Assembly (NCBI GenBank): GCA_036381415.1 | Contig: DASVCV010000003.1 | Coordinates: 4,162-68,161, forward strand | Source of the DNA: Patescibacteria group bacterium | GTDB lineage: Bacteria; Patescibacteriota; Microgenomatia; UBA8517 | Length of the DNA: 64,000 nt | Direction of reading: 5' to 3' | Part shown: in pieces, positions 55,455 through 64,000 of the stretch | Layout: each line of letters opens with the position of its first letter | Numbering within the stretch: the first letter of the stretch is position 1 | Position numbers and translations under genes: made by a program | Notes under the pieces: model-generated | The model's input: only the letters and a program-made list of their open reading frames with translations | Database searches by the model: none | Told to the model about the DNA's origin: nothing

Positions 55455-56498
55455 ATGGAACAGCATCCAGTACCACAACAAATTTCATCCTATCAATTCC
55501 ATTTGGTAGGAGACATGACTCTAAAACAGTTCCTGCAGCTAGCAGGAGGTGTTGTTGTGGGAATAGTTTTCTATGCAACAGGGCTACCTGGAATTATTAA
55601 ATGGCCACTTATTCTAATTTCAGTAGCAATAGGTGGAGCAATGGCTTTTATTCCTTTTGAAGAAAGACCACTTGAACAATGGTTTATTGCATTTTTTAGA
55701 TCTATTTACTCCCCTACTATTTTTGTTTGGAGCCACCAAGCAGGTACTGCCAAGATTTTTCAGGATGAAACAGTAGTGGGTGAAGTAATTGAGGCAAAAT
55801 CAACAGGTCCAAAGATTCCATTTCTTTCTAATTTGGAAGATAGTGAAAATAAATTCCTCTCTAAGATTTCATCATTTTTTACACCATCTTCTGCACCTAC
55901 TCCACAGGTTCAATTTCATCCTACTCCTGTTGTCCAAGCCCAACCTCCTGCTCCTACTCCTCAAGCACCTGTTCAAACTTCCCCTTTTGGAGGAGTACCT
56001 ACTGAAGGAGTTCAGGCATTTAGGCCTGCAAGTGAAGTGCAAAATGTGCAGCAAGCTAAACCTAGTCTTGTAATAGAAGATAAAGTTACAACTCCTGGAG
56101 TGACTGCTGATATTGCACCTTTAAGGCAATCTATAACTACTCAACCTGCTATGAATTTACCACAGGCTGCATTTTCAACTCAGGCTGCTCCCCCTTCTCC
56201 TCCAACAATTCCTAACACTATTGTTGGACAAGTTATTGATCCTGATGGAAAAATCGTTGAAGGTGCAATACTTGAGATTCGGGATACCTTAGGAAGACCA
56301 GTCAGAGCTTTAAAAACTAACAAAGCCGGGCACTTTTTAATTGTTACACCTTTAATGGAAGGAAGGTATGAGCTTATCACTGAAAAAGATGGACTTTTGT
56401 TTGATTCAATGGCTTTTGAGGCACAGGGAGCAATTATTCCACCTATAGCAATTAAAGCAAAAGGAAGACAAGTTGCTCCAGAGGAGGTTAAAAATTAA
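55455..56498 (+). CDS. PrgI family protein with C-terminal carboxypeptidase-regulatory-like domain
   Basis: HPVPQQISSYQFHLVGDMTLKQF, 2 TM, ERPLEQW; G.VID..G..VEGAI. Confidence 0.82.
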   Translation: MEQHPVPQQISSYQFHLVGDMTLKQFLQLAGGVVVGIVFYATGLPGIIKWPLILISVAIGGAMAFIPFEERPLEQWFIAFFRSIYSPTIFVWSHQAGTAKIFQDETVVGEVIEAKSTGPKIPFLSNLEDSENKFLSKISSFFTPSSAPTPQVQFHPTPVVQAQPPAPTPQAPVQTSPFGGVPTEGVQAFRPASEVQNVQQAKPSLVIEDKVTTPGVTADIAPLRQSITTQPAMNLPQAAFSTQAAPPSPPTIPNTIVGQVIDPDGKIVEGAILEIRDTLGRPVRALKTNKAGHFLIVTPLMEGRYELITEKDGLLFDSMAFEAQGAIIPPIAIKAKGRQVAPEEVKN

Positions 56499-57215
56499 AT
56501 GAAAATCTCACCTCCAAAAACCAATCCTATAGGGAATGTGGTCAAGAATGTTCCTTTTTTAAGCTTGCCTGATAGGCCACTTGTTACTTCTACTCAAGAA
56601 CAAATGCCTATTGCTGATATTACAGATGAAGGCTTGGTTCTTTTTAAAGATGGAGGAGCTTCAGTAATACTTGAGTCAACTTCACTTAATTTTGGATTGT
56701 TGTCTGAGAAAGAACAGGAGGCAGTTATTTATGCATACGCAGCACTCCTTAATTCTCTTTCCTACACAATACAGATTGTTGTAAGGTCTCAAAGAAAGGA
56801 TATCTCAAACTACTTAACCTACTTAGATAGGTCATACCAAAAACTAACAAATCCTAAATTGAAGGAGTTGATGGCAGGATATAAAAGCTTTATCTCAGAA
56901 ACTATTAAAAAGAAAAATGTTTTGGGGAAAAGATTTTTTGTTGTAATTCCCTTTTCTCCACTGGAGCTTGGAGTAACTAAATCTTTTTTGTCAGTTACTA
57001 AAAGGAAAGGGCCTCTCCCCTTTCCTAAAAGCTACATTATTAAAAAAGCAGCAGTGGCTCTTTTTCCAAAAAGAGATCATTTAATAAGACAGGCAGGAAG
57101 ATTAGGAATAAAACTGACACAAGTGCAAAAAGAAGAAATCATTACACTTTTTTATGATGTATTTAATCCTAGTGCACCTGTTATTAGATCTAATGAGCAG
57201 GCAACAAAAGCTTAA
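56499..57215 (+). CDS. TraC/VirB4 N-terminal-like protein
   Basis: STQE...NFGLLSEKEQEAVIYAYAALLNSL..IQI...FFVVIPF. Confidence 0.75.
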   Translation: MKISPPKTNPIGNVVKNVPFLSLPDRPLVTSTQEQMPIADITDEGLVLFKDGGASVILESTSLNFGLLSEKEQEAVIYAYAALLNSLSYTIQIVVRSQRKDISNYLTYLDRSYQKLTNPKLKELMAGYKSFISETIKKKNVLGKRFFVVIPFSPLELGVTKSFLSVTKRKGPLPFPKSYIIKKAAVALFPKRDHLIRQAGRLGIKLTQVQKEEIITLFYDVFNPSAPVIRSNEQATKA

Positions 57216-57231
57216 GGAGTAATTTTAAAAT

Positions 57232-59073
57232 ATGGATAAACAAGGCTTAACTACACAAAAACAAGTATTTACAAGTGGCACTGTAAATCCAAGTACAGGA
57301 GCTGTTGTACAGACTACTACTAGCGAGCAAAAACCAAATGTGGCTAATCCTGCTGCTGCAATTAAAGAAGGCAAAATTGGAATACAGGATTTAATTTCTC
57401 CAAAGAGTATGGAGATTGATTTTGAATATTTAAAAATCGGAGATGTTTATCTTAGAACTCTTTTTGTAGCAGGATATCCCAGGTTTGTTTCTGCCGGATG
57501 GCTAGAACCTGTTATTAATTTTGACCACTCAATGGATATTTCTTTTTATGTATATCCAGTAGAGGGAAAATCAGTACTTGATGATCTTAGGCGAAAGATT
57601 GCTGAGATGGAAGCTGAGATTTCAACGGATATACAGCGTGGAAAAGTAGTTAATCCTTCCACTCAGGCAAAACTTGAGGATGCATTAGTACTGCAAGAGC
57701 AGCTTGTTAAAGGATCCGAGAGATTTTTTGAGTTTTCTTTTTACATAACAATACCTGCTGCAACTTTGGAAGAACTTGATCATGTAACAAGACAAATTAT
57801 TTCAACACTAGGTTCCCTTCTTATTGTTGGCAAGAAGGCAACACTTGATATGGAAAGCGGATTTTTATCCACTGCTCCATTTGGAGTGGATAGACTTTCC
57901 ATAACAAGGAATATGGATACAACTTCACTTGCCACTACTTTTCCATTTACATCAGCAGAGCTTTCAAGTGACACTGGAATTTTATATGGAATTAATCCTC
58001 AAAATGAATCTTTTATTATTTTTGATAGATTCTCTTTGGAAAACTACAACATGACAATATTTGCTACCTCTGGAGCTGGAAAATCATTCTTTGTGAAGCT
58101 TGAATCAATTAGATCTTTAATGCTTGGAAGCGATGTGATTATTCTTGATCCTGAGGCAGAATATAAACCTCTTGCAGAAGCTGCAGGAGGAGAATATATA
58201 TCTTTTTCATTTAACTCCCCTTCTAAAATAAATCCTTTTGATTTATCAGCAATACAGGAAGAAGGAGAAAATCAACTGGGACTAAAAATTCTTTCACTTC
58301 ATTCTTTGTTTAAAGTAATTATGGGGGAACTTAATGCAACCCAGGAGGCACTACTAGATAGAGCTTTGATTGGAACATATAGGGCAAAAGGAATTACACA
58401 AGACCCTGCAACTCAGACAAAAGAACCACCTTTAATAGAAGATCTATACAAAACTTTAATTGGAATGGAGGTGCCTGAGGCACTTGATTTGGCAGCTAGA
58501 ATAGAAAAATTTGTAAAAGGCTCATTTGTAGGAATATTTGACCAGCAAACAAATATTGATATTAAAAATCCTTTTACTGTTTTTAGCGTAAAGGATCTAC
58601 AAGATGTACTTAGGCCAATTGCAATGTTTATTATCCTAGATTTTATTTGGACCAAGGTTAAGAAAGACATTAAAAAGAGACTTCTAATAGTTGATGAGGC
58701 ATGGCACATGATGAGATATCCTGACTCAGCACAATTCTTGTGGTCTGTTGTGAAGAGGGCCCGCAAGTACTACCTAGGACTTACCACAATCACCCAGGAC
58801 GTGGAGGACTTCCTTGCACAGGACATTGGAAAGGCAATTGTTACTAACTCATCTTTGAGAGTGCTTTTAAAACAATCTCCTGCTGCAATTGATAAAATAG
58901 GAGAATTGTTTTATTTGTCTCAAGGAGAAAAACAATTATTACTTGCAGCTAATGTGGGTGAAGGAATATTTTTTGCAGGGCCACACCATGCACCAATTAG
59001 AGTTGTTGCATCACCTAGCGAATATCAATTAATTACAACCAAACCTGCTGACATTATTAATCAAAGACAATGA
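57232..59073 (+). CDS. VirB4/TraC-like type IV secretion ATPase
   Basis: ATSGAGKS Walker A, ILDPEAEY, IVDEAW Walker B, RARKY. Confidence 0.9.
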   Translation: MDKQGLTTQKQVFTSGTVNPSTGAVVQTTTSEQKPNVANPAAAIKEGKIGIQDLISPKSMEIDFEYLKIGDVYLRTLFVAGYPRFVSAGWLEPVINFDHSMDISFYVYPVEGKSVLDDLRRKIAEMEAEISTDIQRGKVVNPSTQAKLEDALVLQEQLVKGSERFFEFSFYITIPAATLEELDHVTRQIISTLGSLLIVGKKATLDMESGFLSTAPFGVDRLSITRNMDTTSLATTFPFTSAELSSDTGILYGINPQNESFIIFDRFSLENYNMTIFATSGAGKSFFVKLESIRSLMLGSDVIILDPEAEYKPLAEAAGGEYISFSFNSPSKINPFDLSAIQEEGENQLGLKILSLHSLFKVIMGELNATQEALLDRALIGTYRAKGITQDPATQTKEPPLIEDLYKTLIGMEVPEALDLAARIEKFVKGSFVGIFDQQTNIDIKNPFTVFSVKDLQDVLRPIAMFIILDFIWTKVKKDIKKRLLIVDEAWHMMRYPDSAQFLWSVVKRARKYYLGLTTITQDVEDFLAQDIGKAIVTNSSLRVLLKQSPAAIDKIGELFYLSQGEKQLLLAANVGEGIFFAGPHHAPIRVVASPSEYQLITTKPADIINQRQ

Positions 59074-60833
59074 ATAAATCTGTAGGAAATTTTTTATTTC
59101 AAGCTTCTCAGTTTTTTGCTACCAATCCTAGAGAAACTGCATATAAAGATATTTTTCCAAAAGACCACATGCTTTCTCTTTTTTTCAAGAGACAAGAGTT
59201 TAGGAAAAAGCTACTTGAGAAAAATGAAGATGTAGAGAAAAGAAAAGATAAACAGATGCAAAGGATCAAACAAACTTTGCAGACAATTTCATCTACCCCA
59301 GAAGAAATTCCTTCTGTCTCACCTGAAGCAGAAAATATAGTAAGTGAGTATGCAACTTTAACACAAGCTAAGGATTTGGGAGGAATAGACCAAGAACAAA
59401 TTAATGCAAGGAAAGGTCAGATAGATCAGAAGTTTAATGGCTTTATAGACAAAAATCCTGCACCACTTTCTGCATTAACTAATTTTGCATTACAAAAAGC
59501 TGGAGGAAAAATTGCAGAGGCAGCTGCAACAAAGGCAGTTGCTGCAGTTGCAACAGGAATCAATCCAGCATTGGGAGCTATTGTTACTTTTATAAGCAAA
59601 GAGGTAATTTCAAGAGTCATAACCTGGCTTGCAAAGAACAAAGAAAGGTTTTTTGAGGTATTGGGTGGAGGAATGATTTTAGGAGGAATACTTGTTGGAG
59701 GAACAGGAGGAAGCGTATTGGCTGTTGCAGGAGCAGGAGTTGGAGCAGCAGGAGTGATAAGTGCTGCAGGCGGAGTAAGTGCTGCGGCCGGAACTCTTGG
59801 AGCTGCTTTCTTCACTTTTGTTGGAGCAATTTTAGGAACAATTATTGCGGCAATTATAATTCCTTTAACAATTGCCTTTATTGCAATACCAATAATAACT
59901 GTTTTAATTCTTTTTATAATTAATTCAGGAGCTTATGTAGTACCACCTGCTCCATCTCTTTCTGGAACATCGGGCAGCAGTACTCTTGGAATTACTATTT
60001 CTTCTCCCTATATAGATGTTGTAAAGACAGCATCTCCTGCTGGACCATTTGAAAATAGTGCACTTACTAACGGTCTTACTATTAAATATGATGTTACAGT
60101 ACGTGCAAAAAAGGGTGCTTTATCTAACTTGAAATTCGAAAATACTTGCCAACAGGTTAAAAAGGGAGGGTCAGCTGTTTGTGATGCACAGATTCCAAGC
60201 AAAGATGCTATGCCTCAGTTTGTTGATCCCGGCAAACCTTATACATTTTCTTATTCTGAAACATACTTTTCACCTAGCTTTGAAGATTCTTTTGTAGTTG
60301 ACACATTTAAAGTTACCGCTGATGCTGTTCCGGAAAAAACAGGGGCAATAGCTGCAGCTAGTGCGGTAGTTAAAATTGGAAAGCCGCCTGAAGATTGCCC
60401 CTCGGGGTGGCCAGTGGATGGAGATATTGTTATTACCCAAGGACCAAACGGTTCCCTCTCCCATTACGGCTATCAAGCAATAGATATAAGTAAGCCTGCA
60501 CTGACTCCTATACATGCAACACATGCTGGCACTGTTATATCTCAGTACTGGGAAGTGTCCTATGGGCATCATGTCAGAATTGTTTCAAGCTGTAATGGAA
60601 AGACTTTTGAGTCAGTATATGGGCATATGGATACAATTGCAGTTAAGACGGGAGATTTTGTGGCACCTGGAGAAATTATAGGGACAATAGATAATACTGG
60701 CCGAAGCTCTGGGAACCATCTTCACTATGAATTCCGGCCAGTTACACCTGGGTCAAATGATGGTCCAGTTTTCCCACAATCTAATCAGCCTTTACTTATG
60801 AATCCGCCTTATATTCCAAAGTCGGTGCAGTAA
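59070..60833 (+). CDS. Membrane-anchored M23 family peptidase
   Basis: HYGYQAID, YGHM, HLHYE motifs; Gly/Ala-rich TM region. Confidence 0.85.
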   Translation: MNKSVGNFLFQASQFFATNPRETAYKDIFPKDHMLSLFFKRQEFRKKLLEKNEDVEKRKDKQMQRIKQTLQTISSTPEEIPSVSPEAENIVSEYATLTQAKDLGGIDQEQINARKGQIDQKFNGFIDKNPAPLSALTNFALQKAGGKIAEAAATKAVAAVATGINPALGAIVTFISKEVISRVITWLAKNKERFFEVLGGGMILGGILVGGTGGSVLAVAGAGVGAAGVISAAGGVSAAAGTLGAAFFTFVGAILGTIIAAIIIPLTIAFIAIPIITVLILFIINSGAYVVPPAPSLSGTSGSSTLGITISSPYIDVVKTASPAGPFENSALTNGLTIKYDVTVRAKKGALSNLKFENTCQQVKKGGSAVCDAQIPSKDAMPQFVDPGKPYTFSYSETYFSPSFEDSFVVDTFKVTADAVPEKTGAIAAASAVVKIGKPPEDCPSGWPVDGDIVITQGPNGSLSHYGYQAIDISKPALTPIHATHAGTVISQYWEVSYGHHVRIVSSCNGKTFESVYGHMDTIAVKTGDFVAPGEIIGTIDNTGRSSGNHLHYEFRPVTPGSNDGPVFPQSNQPLLMNPPYIPKSVQ

Positions 60834-60859
60834 ACAGAGGTAAAGCAAAGTTGTAAAAT

Positions 60860-61873
60860 ATGTTTATGAATTTATCAAGCAGAAAAAGAATAATTATGTT
60901 TTTAGCAGCCTTTACTTTTTTTGTGGCTGTAATGGGATTTTTGTTCATAAGAGGAAGACAAAATGTTTCTCCTGCTAATCCACCTGCTCCTCCCCAGATT
61001 TCAACATATGTGAATCAGACTTTTCCTATAAAAGTACAGCTTACTAAAGATGATTTTAATTTCCCAACTTCCCTCCCCCTTTTATATAAAGGAGGTTCTA
61101 GTCCAATAACTTTAGCTGAAGCAAAAGAAATTGCACTAAAGTTTGGATTTACTGGAGAGGTGCAAGAGCTTAAGGATATTCAGGAAGGAATTGTCTACTC
61201 CTGGTCAAACGAGACGGCAGGGTTATCTATCAGACCTAATAGAAAGGAAATCAAATACACAGTAAATCAGGCTCTCTCAACTTCGATTAGAAAACTATCA
61301 GAACCTGAGCTTATAGAAAAAGCTGCTACATTCTTAGAGCAAAAAAATCTCTTGGGAAATGACCAGGCAAAAACAGCCTTTGTTTATTATTTTTCTACTC
61401 AGGCTAGTGGAACAGATGAATTAAAACTTACCACTATTGATAAAGCAGATTATGTTGAAGTTAATTTTTCAGTAAAAGCTTCAGACTATAAACTCCTTAC
61501 TTTGGATCCACTTTCTTCCCCTATTGGGGTTCGACTTTTGCCAGATGGGAATATCACAGAAGTTGATTTAGCTAAACTTCCAGAAATTACAAAAGGAGGA
61601 GATTTGTTTAAGATTAAGAACTATGATCAGTTTGTATCAACTATCAAGGAGGCAAAAATAGTCAGTCTTAATGAAGGTGAAATGTTAAGCACAGATCCAA
61701 ATGCCAATCCAATTAACAGTGTAAATGTAACTGAGGTTGAACTTGTATATTTAATTGATTCGTCATCTTCAAATTATTATCAACCTGTTTTTCTTATTAA
61801 AGGGACGGCTGATATTGAGGGTATTGGAAAATATATTAGTAGCTATATGTACCTTCCAGCAATTACGAAGTAA
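60860..61873 (+). CDS. Membrane-anchored hypothetical protein
   Basis: N-terminal TM; C-terminal YQPVFLIKG...YLPAI. Confidence 0.7.
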   Translation: MFMNLSSRKRIIMFLAAFTFFVAVMGFLFIRGRQNVSPANPPAPPQISTYVNQTFPIKVQLTKDDFNFPTSLPLLYKGGSSPITLAEAKEIALKFGFTGEVQELKDIQEGIVYSWSNETAGLSIRPNRKEIKYTVNQALSTSIRKLSEPELIEKAATFLEQKNLLGNDQAKTAFVYYFSTQASGTDELKLTTIDKADYVEVNFSVKASDYKLLTLDPLSSPIGVRLLPDGNITEVDLAKLPEITKGGDLFKIKNYDQFVSTIKEAKIVSLNEGEMLSTDPNANPINSVNVTEVELVYLIDSSSSNYYQPVFLIKGTADIEGIGKYISSYMYLPAITK

Positions 61874-62972
61874 CTTTTACAGGCATTATTAAGTGAAGAA
61901 AATCAGGGTCTTTTGAATCTCTAAATACCCCGGGAGAGGAAGTATCAACTAAGGCAATTTCTATTTCTTCTCCTTCTACTGCATTTGCTACTTCTTCAAT
62001 AAATTTCCAGTTAAAGGATATTTCAACAGATGGACCAACAACATTTGCATCTAGTTTTGTTTTCTGGTTTCCAACTGATGAGGATTCTGCACTTACGGTC
62101 AGACTCCCCTCACCTGTCGTGAGTTTAACAATATTTCCCTGATCTTTTGCAAAAACAGATGCAATTTTTACAGCTCTTACTAGATCTTCTCTTCCTACCT
62201 TTACTTTTGTATTTGAAACTTTGGGGATTATTTTTTCAAAATTAGGAAACTCCCCTTCTATAATTCTTGTAGCTAAAAATGCATCTGACTCCCCTATTCC
62301 AAAAACAACCTGGTTGGCTCCGGATTTTATTTGAAAAGAAAGAGAATCTGAACTGCTTGCAATTTTTACTAGTTCCATTAATGCAGGCTTTGGAATAACA
62401 ACTTTCCCCTCCCCTTTAAGTTTGGCTGGTATCTTTTTTTGAGAAAGACGAAAGCCATCGGATGCAACTAAAGTTAATGAGTCTGGTGAGAGTAAAAACA
62501 ACACTCCAGTTAAAACAGGTCTTGTTTCATCTTGGGAAACTGCAAAGGCGACTTTAGAAAGACTTTTAATTAGGTCATCTTTGGGAAGAGTCAAAATGTC
62601 CCCTTTTTCAAAAGATTGAGGAATTGAGGGGAAATCATTGGTATTCATTCCTGCAACATTTCCTAGAAATCCTTCTTGAGATATAGCAAGCTGCTCTTTG
62701 TTTTGAACAAGATCAACTGTTCCTTTAGAAAGATGGGAAACTAATTCAACTATTGTTTTTGCAGGAACTGCGACTTTGCCTTCTTTTTCTACTTTTGCTC
62801 CAATTGAAGTAGAAAGGGACATCTCAAGATTGGTTGAAAGAACATAGAGCTTTGTTTTATTTGCTTCTAAAAGAATATTTCCTAGAACTGGAAGCTGGGC
62901 GTGGGGGTTTACAAAGTGTGAGGCTTGGGAAAGGGCTTTGGAAAAGTTTTCTTGTAAAACAGCTGCCTTCAT
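61863..62972 (-). CDS. dnaN: DNA polymerase III beta clamp
   Basis: LPVLGNILL, TNLE, RPVLTGV, VASDGFRL, GEFPNF, LIMPV. Confidence 0.96.
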   Translation of the reverse strand: MKAAVLQENFSKALSQASHFVNPHAQLPVLGNILLEANKTKLYVLSTNLEMSLSTSIGAKVEKEGKVAVPAKTIVELVSHLSKGTVDLVQNKEQLAISQEGFLGNVAGMNTNDFPSIPQSFEKGDILTLPKDDLIKSLSKVAFAVSQDETRPVLTGVLFLLSPDSLTLVASDGFRLSQKKIPAKLKGEGKVVIPKPALMELVKIASSSDSLSFQIKSGANQVVFGIGESDAFLATRIIEGEFPNFEKIIPKVSNTKVKVGREDLVRAVKIASVFAKDQGNIVKLTTGEGSLTVSAESSSVGNQKTKLDANVVGPSVEISFNWKFIEEVANAVEGEEIEIALVDTSSPGVFRDSKDPDFLHLIMPVKVTS

Positions 62973-63198
62973 TGTGGAAAGAGTATATGTAATATTAGGT
63001 TCTTTGTCAAAATGAGTGGATATTGTTATTTAAATAGTAGCAGTAGTAGTAGAGGTTGTGGATATGTTGATAGATGAGCTTAGTCAGGCATTAAATTTGT
63101 GTGGATAATCGTGCGTAGGTCTTTGTTGATAGAATTGTGGACAAGTGAGTTTTCATTGGGGATAAGTGGATAAATAAGGTTTTTTCCCCAATTTGACC
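62973..63198. other. Replication origin oriC (dnaA-dnaN intergenic)
   Basis: DnaA boxes TGTGGATAA 63100-63108 (perfect), TGTGGATAT 63057, TGTGGACAA 63136, TGGGGATAA 63157, AGTGGATAA 63165; TAG trios 63035-63052. Confidence 0.88.
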
Positions 63199-64000
63199 TC
63201 AGAAAGAATTTTTTATCCCCACTAAATCTTCACGGATCTTCACATTTTCTGAAGCTAGGTGGGTAATAGTTTCCACAGCGTGCATTACTGTTGAATGGTC
63301 ACGGCCACCAATTAATCTTCCTACCTCTTGGAGTGGGAGCCCAAGCTCTTTTCTTAATAAATACATGAGAATTTGTCTGGGTCTTACAACAATTCTTGCT
63401 CTTTGGGGACCCATGAGAACTTTTTTATTAATTGAGAAGTGGGATGAGACTGCATCAATTACTTTGTCTGGAGTAACTGCTTTTTTGGTTTCTTCAAGCT
63501 GGCCAGCACCTTTACTAAGGAGCCCTTTTACTAATTCTTCAGTGATACTGACATTTTTAAGCTTTGCTTCTGAAGTAAGCCTTATTAGAAATCCTTCTAT
63601 TTCACGAGCTGTAACAATATTGCCTGCAACAAGCTGGACAAGACTGGTGTCTAGCTCAATCCCCTTTTCTTGGCATTTAATTTGAATAATTGCACAACGG
63701 AGTTCAAAGTCAGGCGGGGCAACGTCTACTATGAGACCAGCTTGAAATCTGCTTCTTAATCTTTCTGCTAGTTTAGCAATTTCATGAGGAGGCCTATCTG
63801 AGGTAAGAACCACCTGTCCTCCTGCTCCTGTAACGGCATTGAAGGTGTGGAAGAATTCATCTTGAACTGCATCTTTGCCTGCAATGAATTGAATATCATC
63901 TATAAAAAGAGCTTTTAGCTTTCTATATTTATCTCTAAAACCCTGAGTTGTTTTGTTTCTAATTCCTTCAACAATATCGTTTGTAAACTCCTCTGCTGAG
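63199..64000 (-). CDS. dnaA: Chromosomal replication initiator (5' part beyond window)
   Basis: IDDIQFIAGK..QDEFFHTFN, SDRPP, RLRSRF, GGRDHSTVMHA. Confidence 0.96.
   Translation of the reverse strand, partial: SAEEFTNDIVEGIRNKTTQGFRDKYRKLKALFIDDIQFIAGKDAVQDEFFHTFNAVTGAGGQVVLTSDRPPHEIAKLAERLRSRFQAGLIVDVAPPDFELRCAIIQIKCQEKGIELDTSLVQLVAGNIVTAREIEGFLIRLTSEAKLKNVSITEELVKGLLSKGAGQLEETKKAVTPDKVIDAVSSHFSINKKVLMGPQRARIVVRPRQILMYLLRKELGLPLQEVGRLIGGRDHSTVMHAVETITHLASENVKIREDLVGIKNSF

Noticed and set aside
1-64000. Alternative genetic code (UGA=Gly) and the many short antisense ORFs in the track
   Set aside because: TGA ends conserved genes at expected positions (dsbB-like, pyrH, dnaA); antisense/overlapping ORFs such as 7136..7531, 30618..30962, 52626..53129 and 59426..59815 are shadows of well-supported genes

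Overview
AT-rich bacterial chromosome segment using genetic code 11 (TGA acts as stop). Gene content and style point to Patescibacteria/CPR, Microgenomates-like (inference). The right end holds the replication origin: partial dnaA, an oriC with DnaA boxes and DnaA-trios, and dnaN. Next to it is a VirB2-pilin/VirB6/PrgI/VirB4 (T4SS-like) cluster with 8 tandem pilins and several cell-wall hydrolases. The middle holds rpoD, dnaG, smpB, tmRNA and a tRNA cluster with all four Ser isoacceptors, Arg-CCG and an unusual Arg-GCG. Four features stand out. (1) A tRNA-Asn(GTT) is split at anticodon position 35/36 by a 187-nt group I intron. (2) A ~12.6-kb serine-recombinase island is integrated in the 3' end of that tRNA; its crossover core lies inside the recombinase gene, so excision would swap the enzyme's C-terminus. 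(3) The island carries an unusual 5-gene operon (archaeal-type SAM synthetase, stand-alone AlaRS catalytic domain, peptidase E, GT4, PIG-L deacetylase) with mycothiol-like logic. (4) Left of the island, about 10 degenerate att-like sites separate 1-3 gene cassettes, several with their own promoters, resembling a tRNA-anchored, serine-recombinase-built cassette array. All calls come from reading the sequence and motifs; no searches were run.
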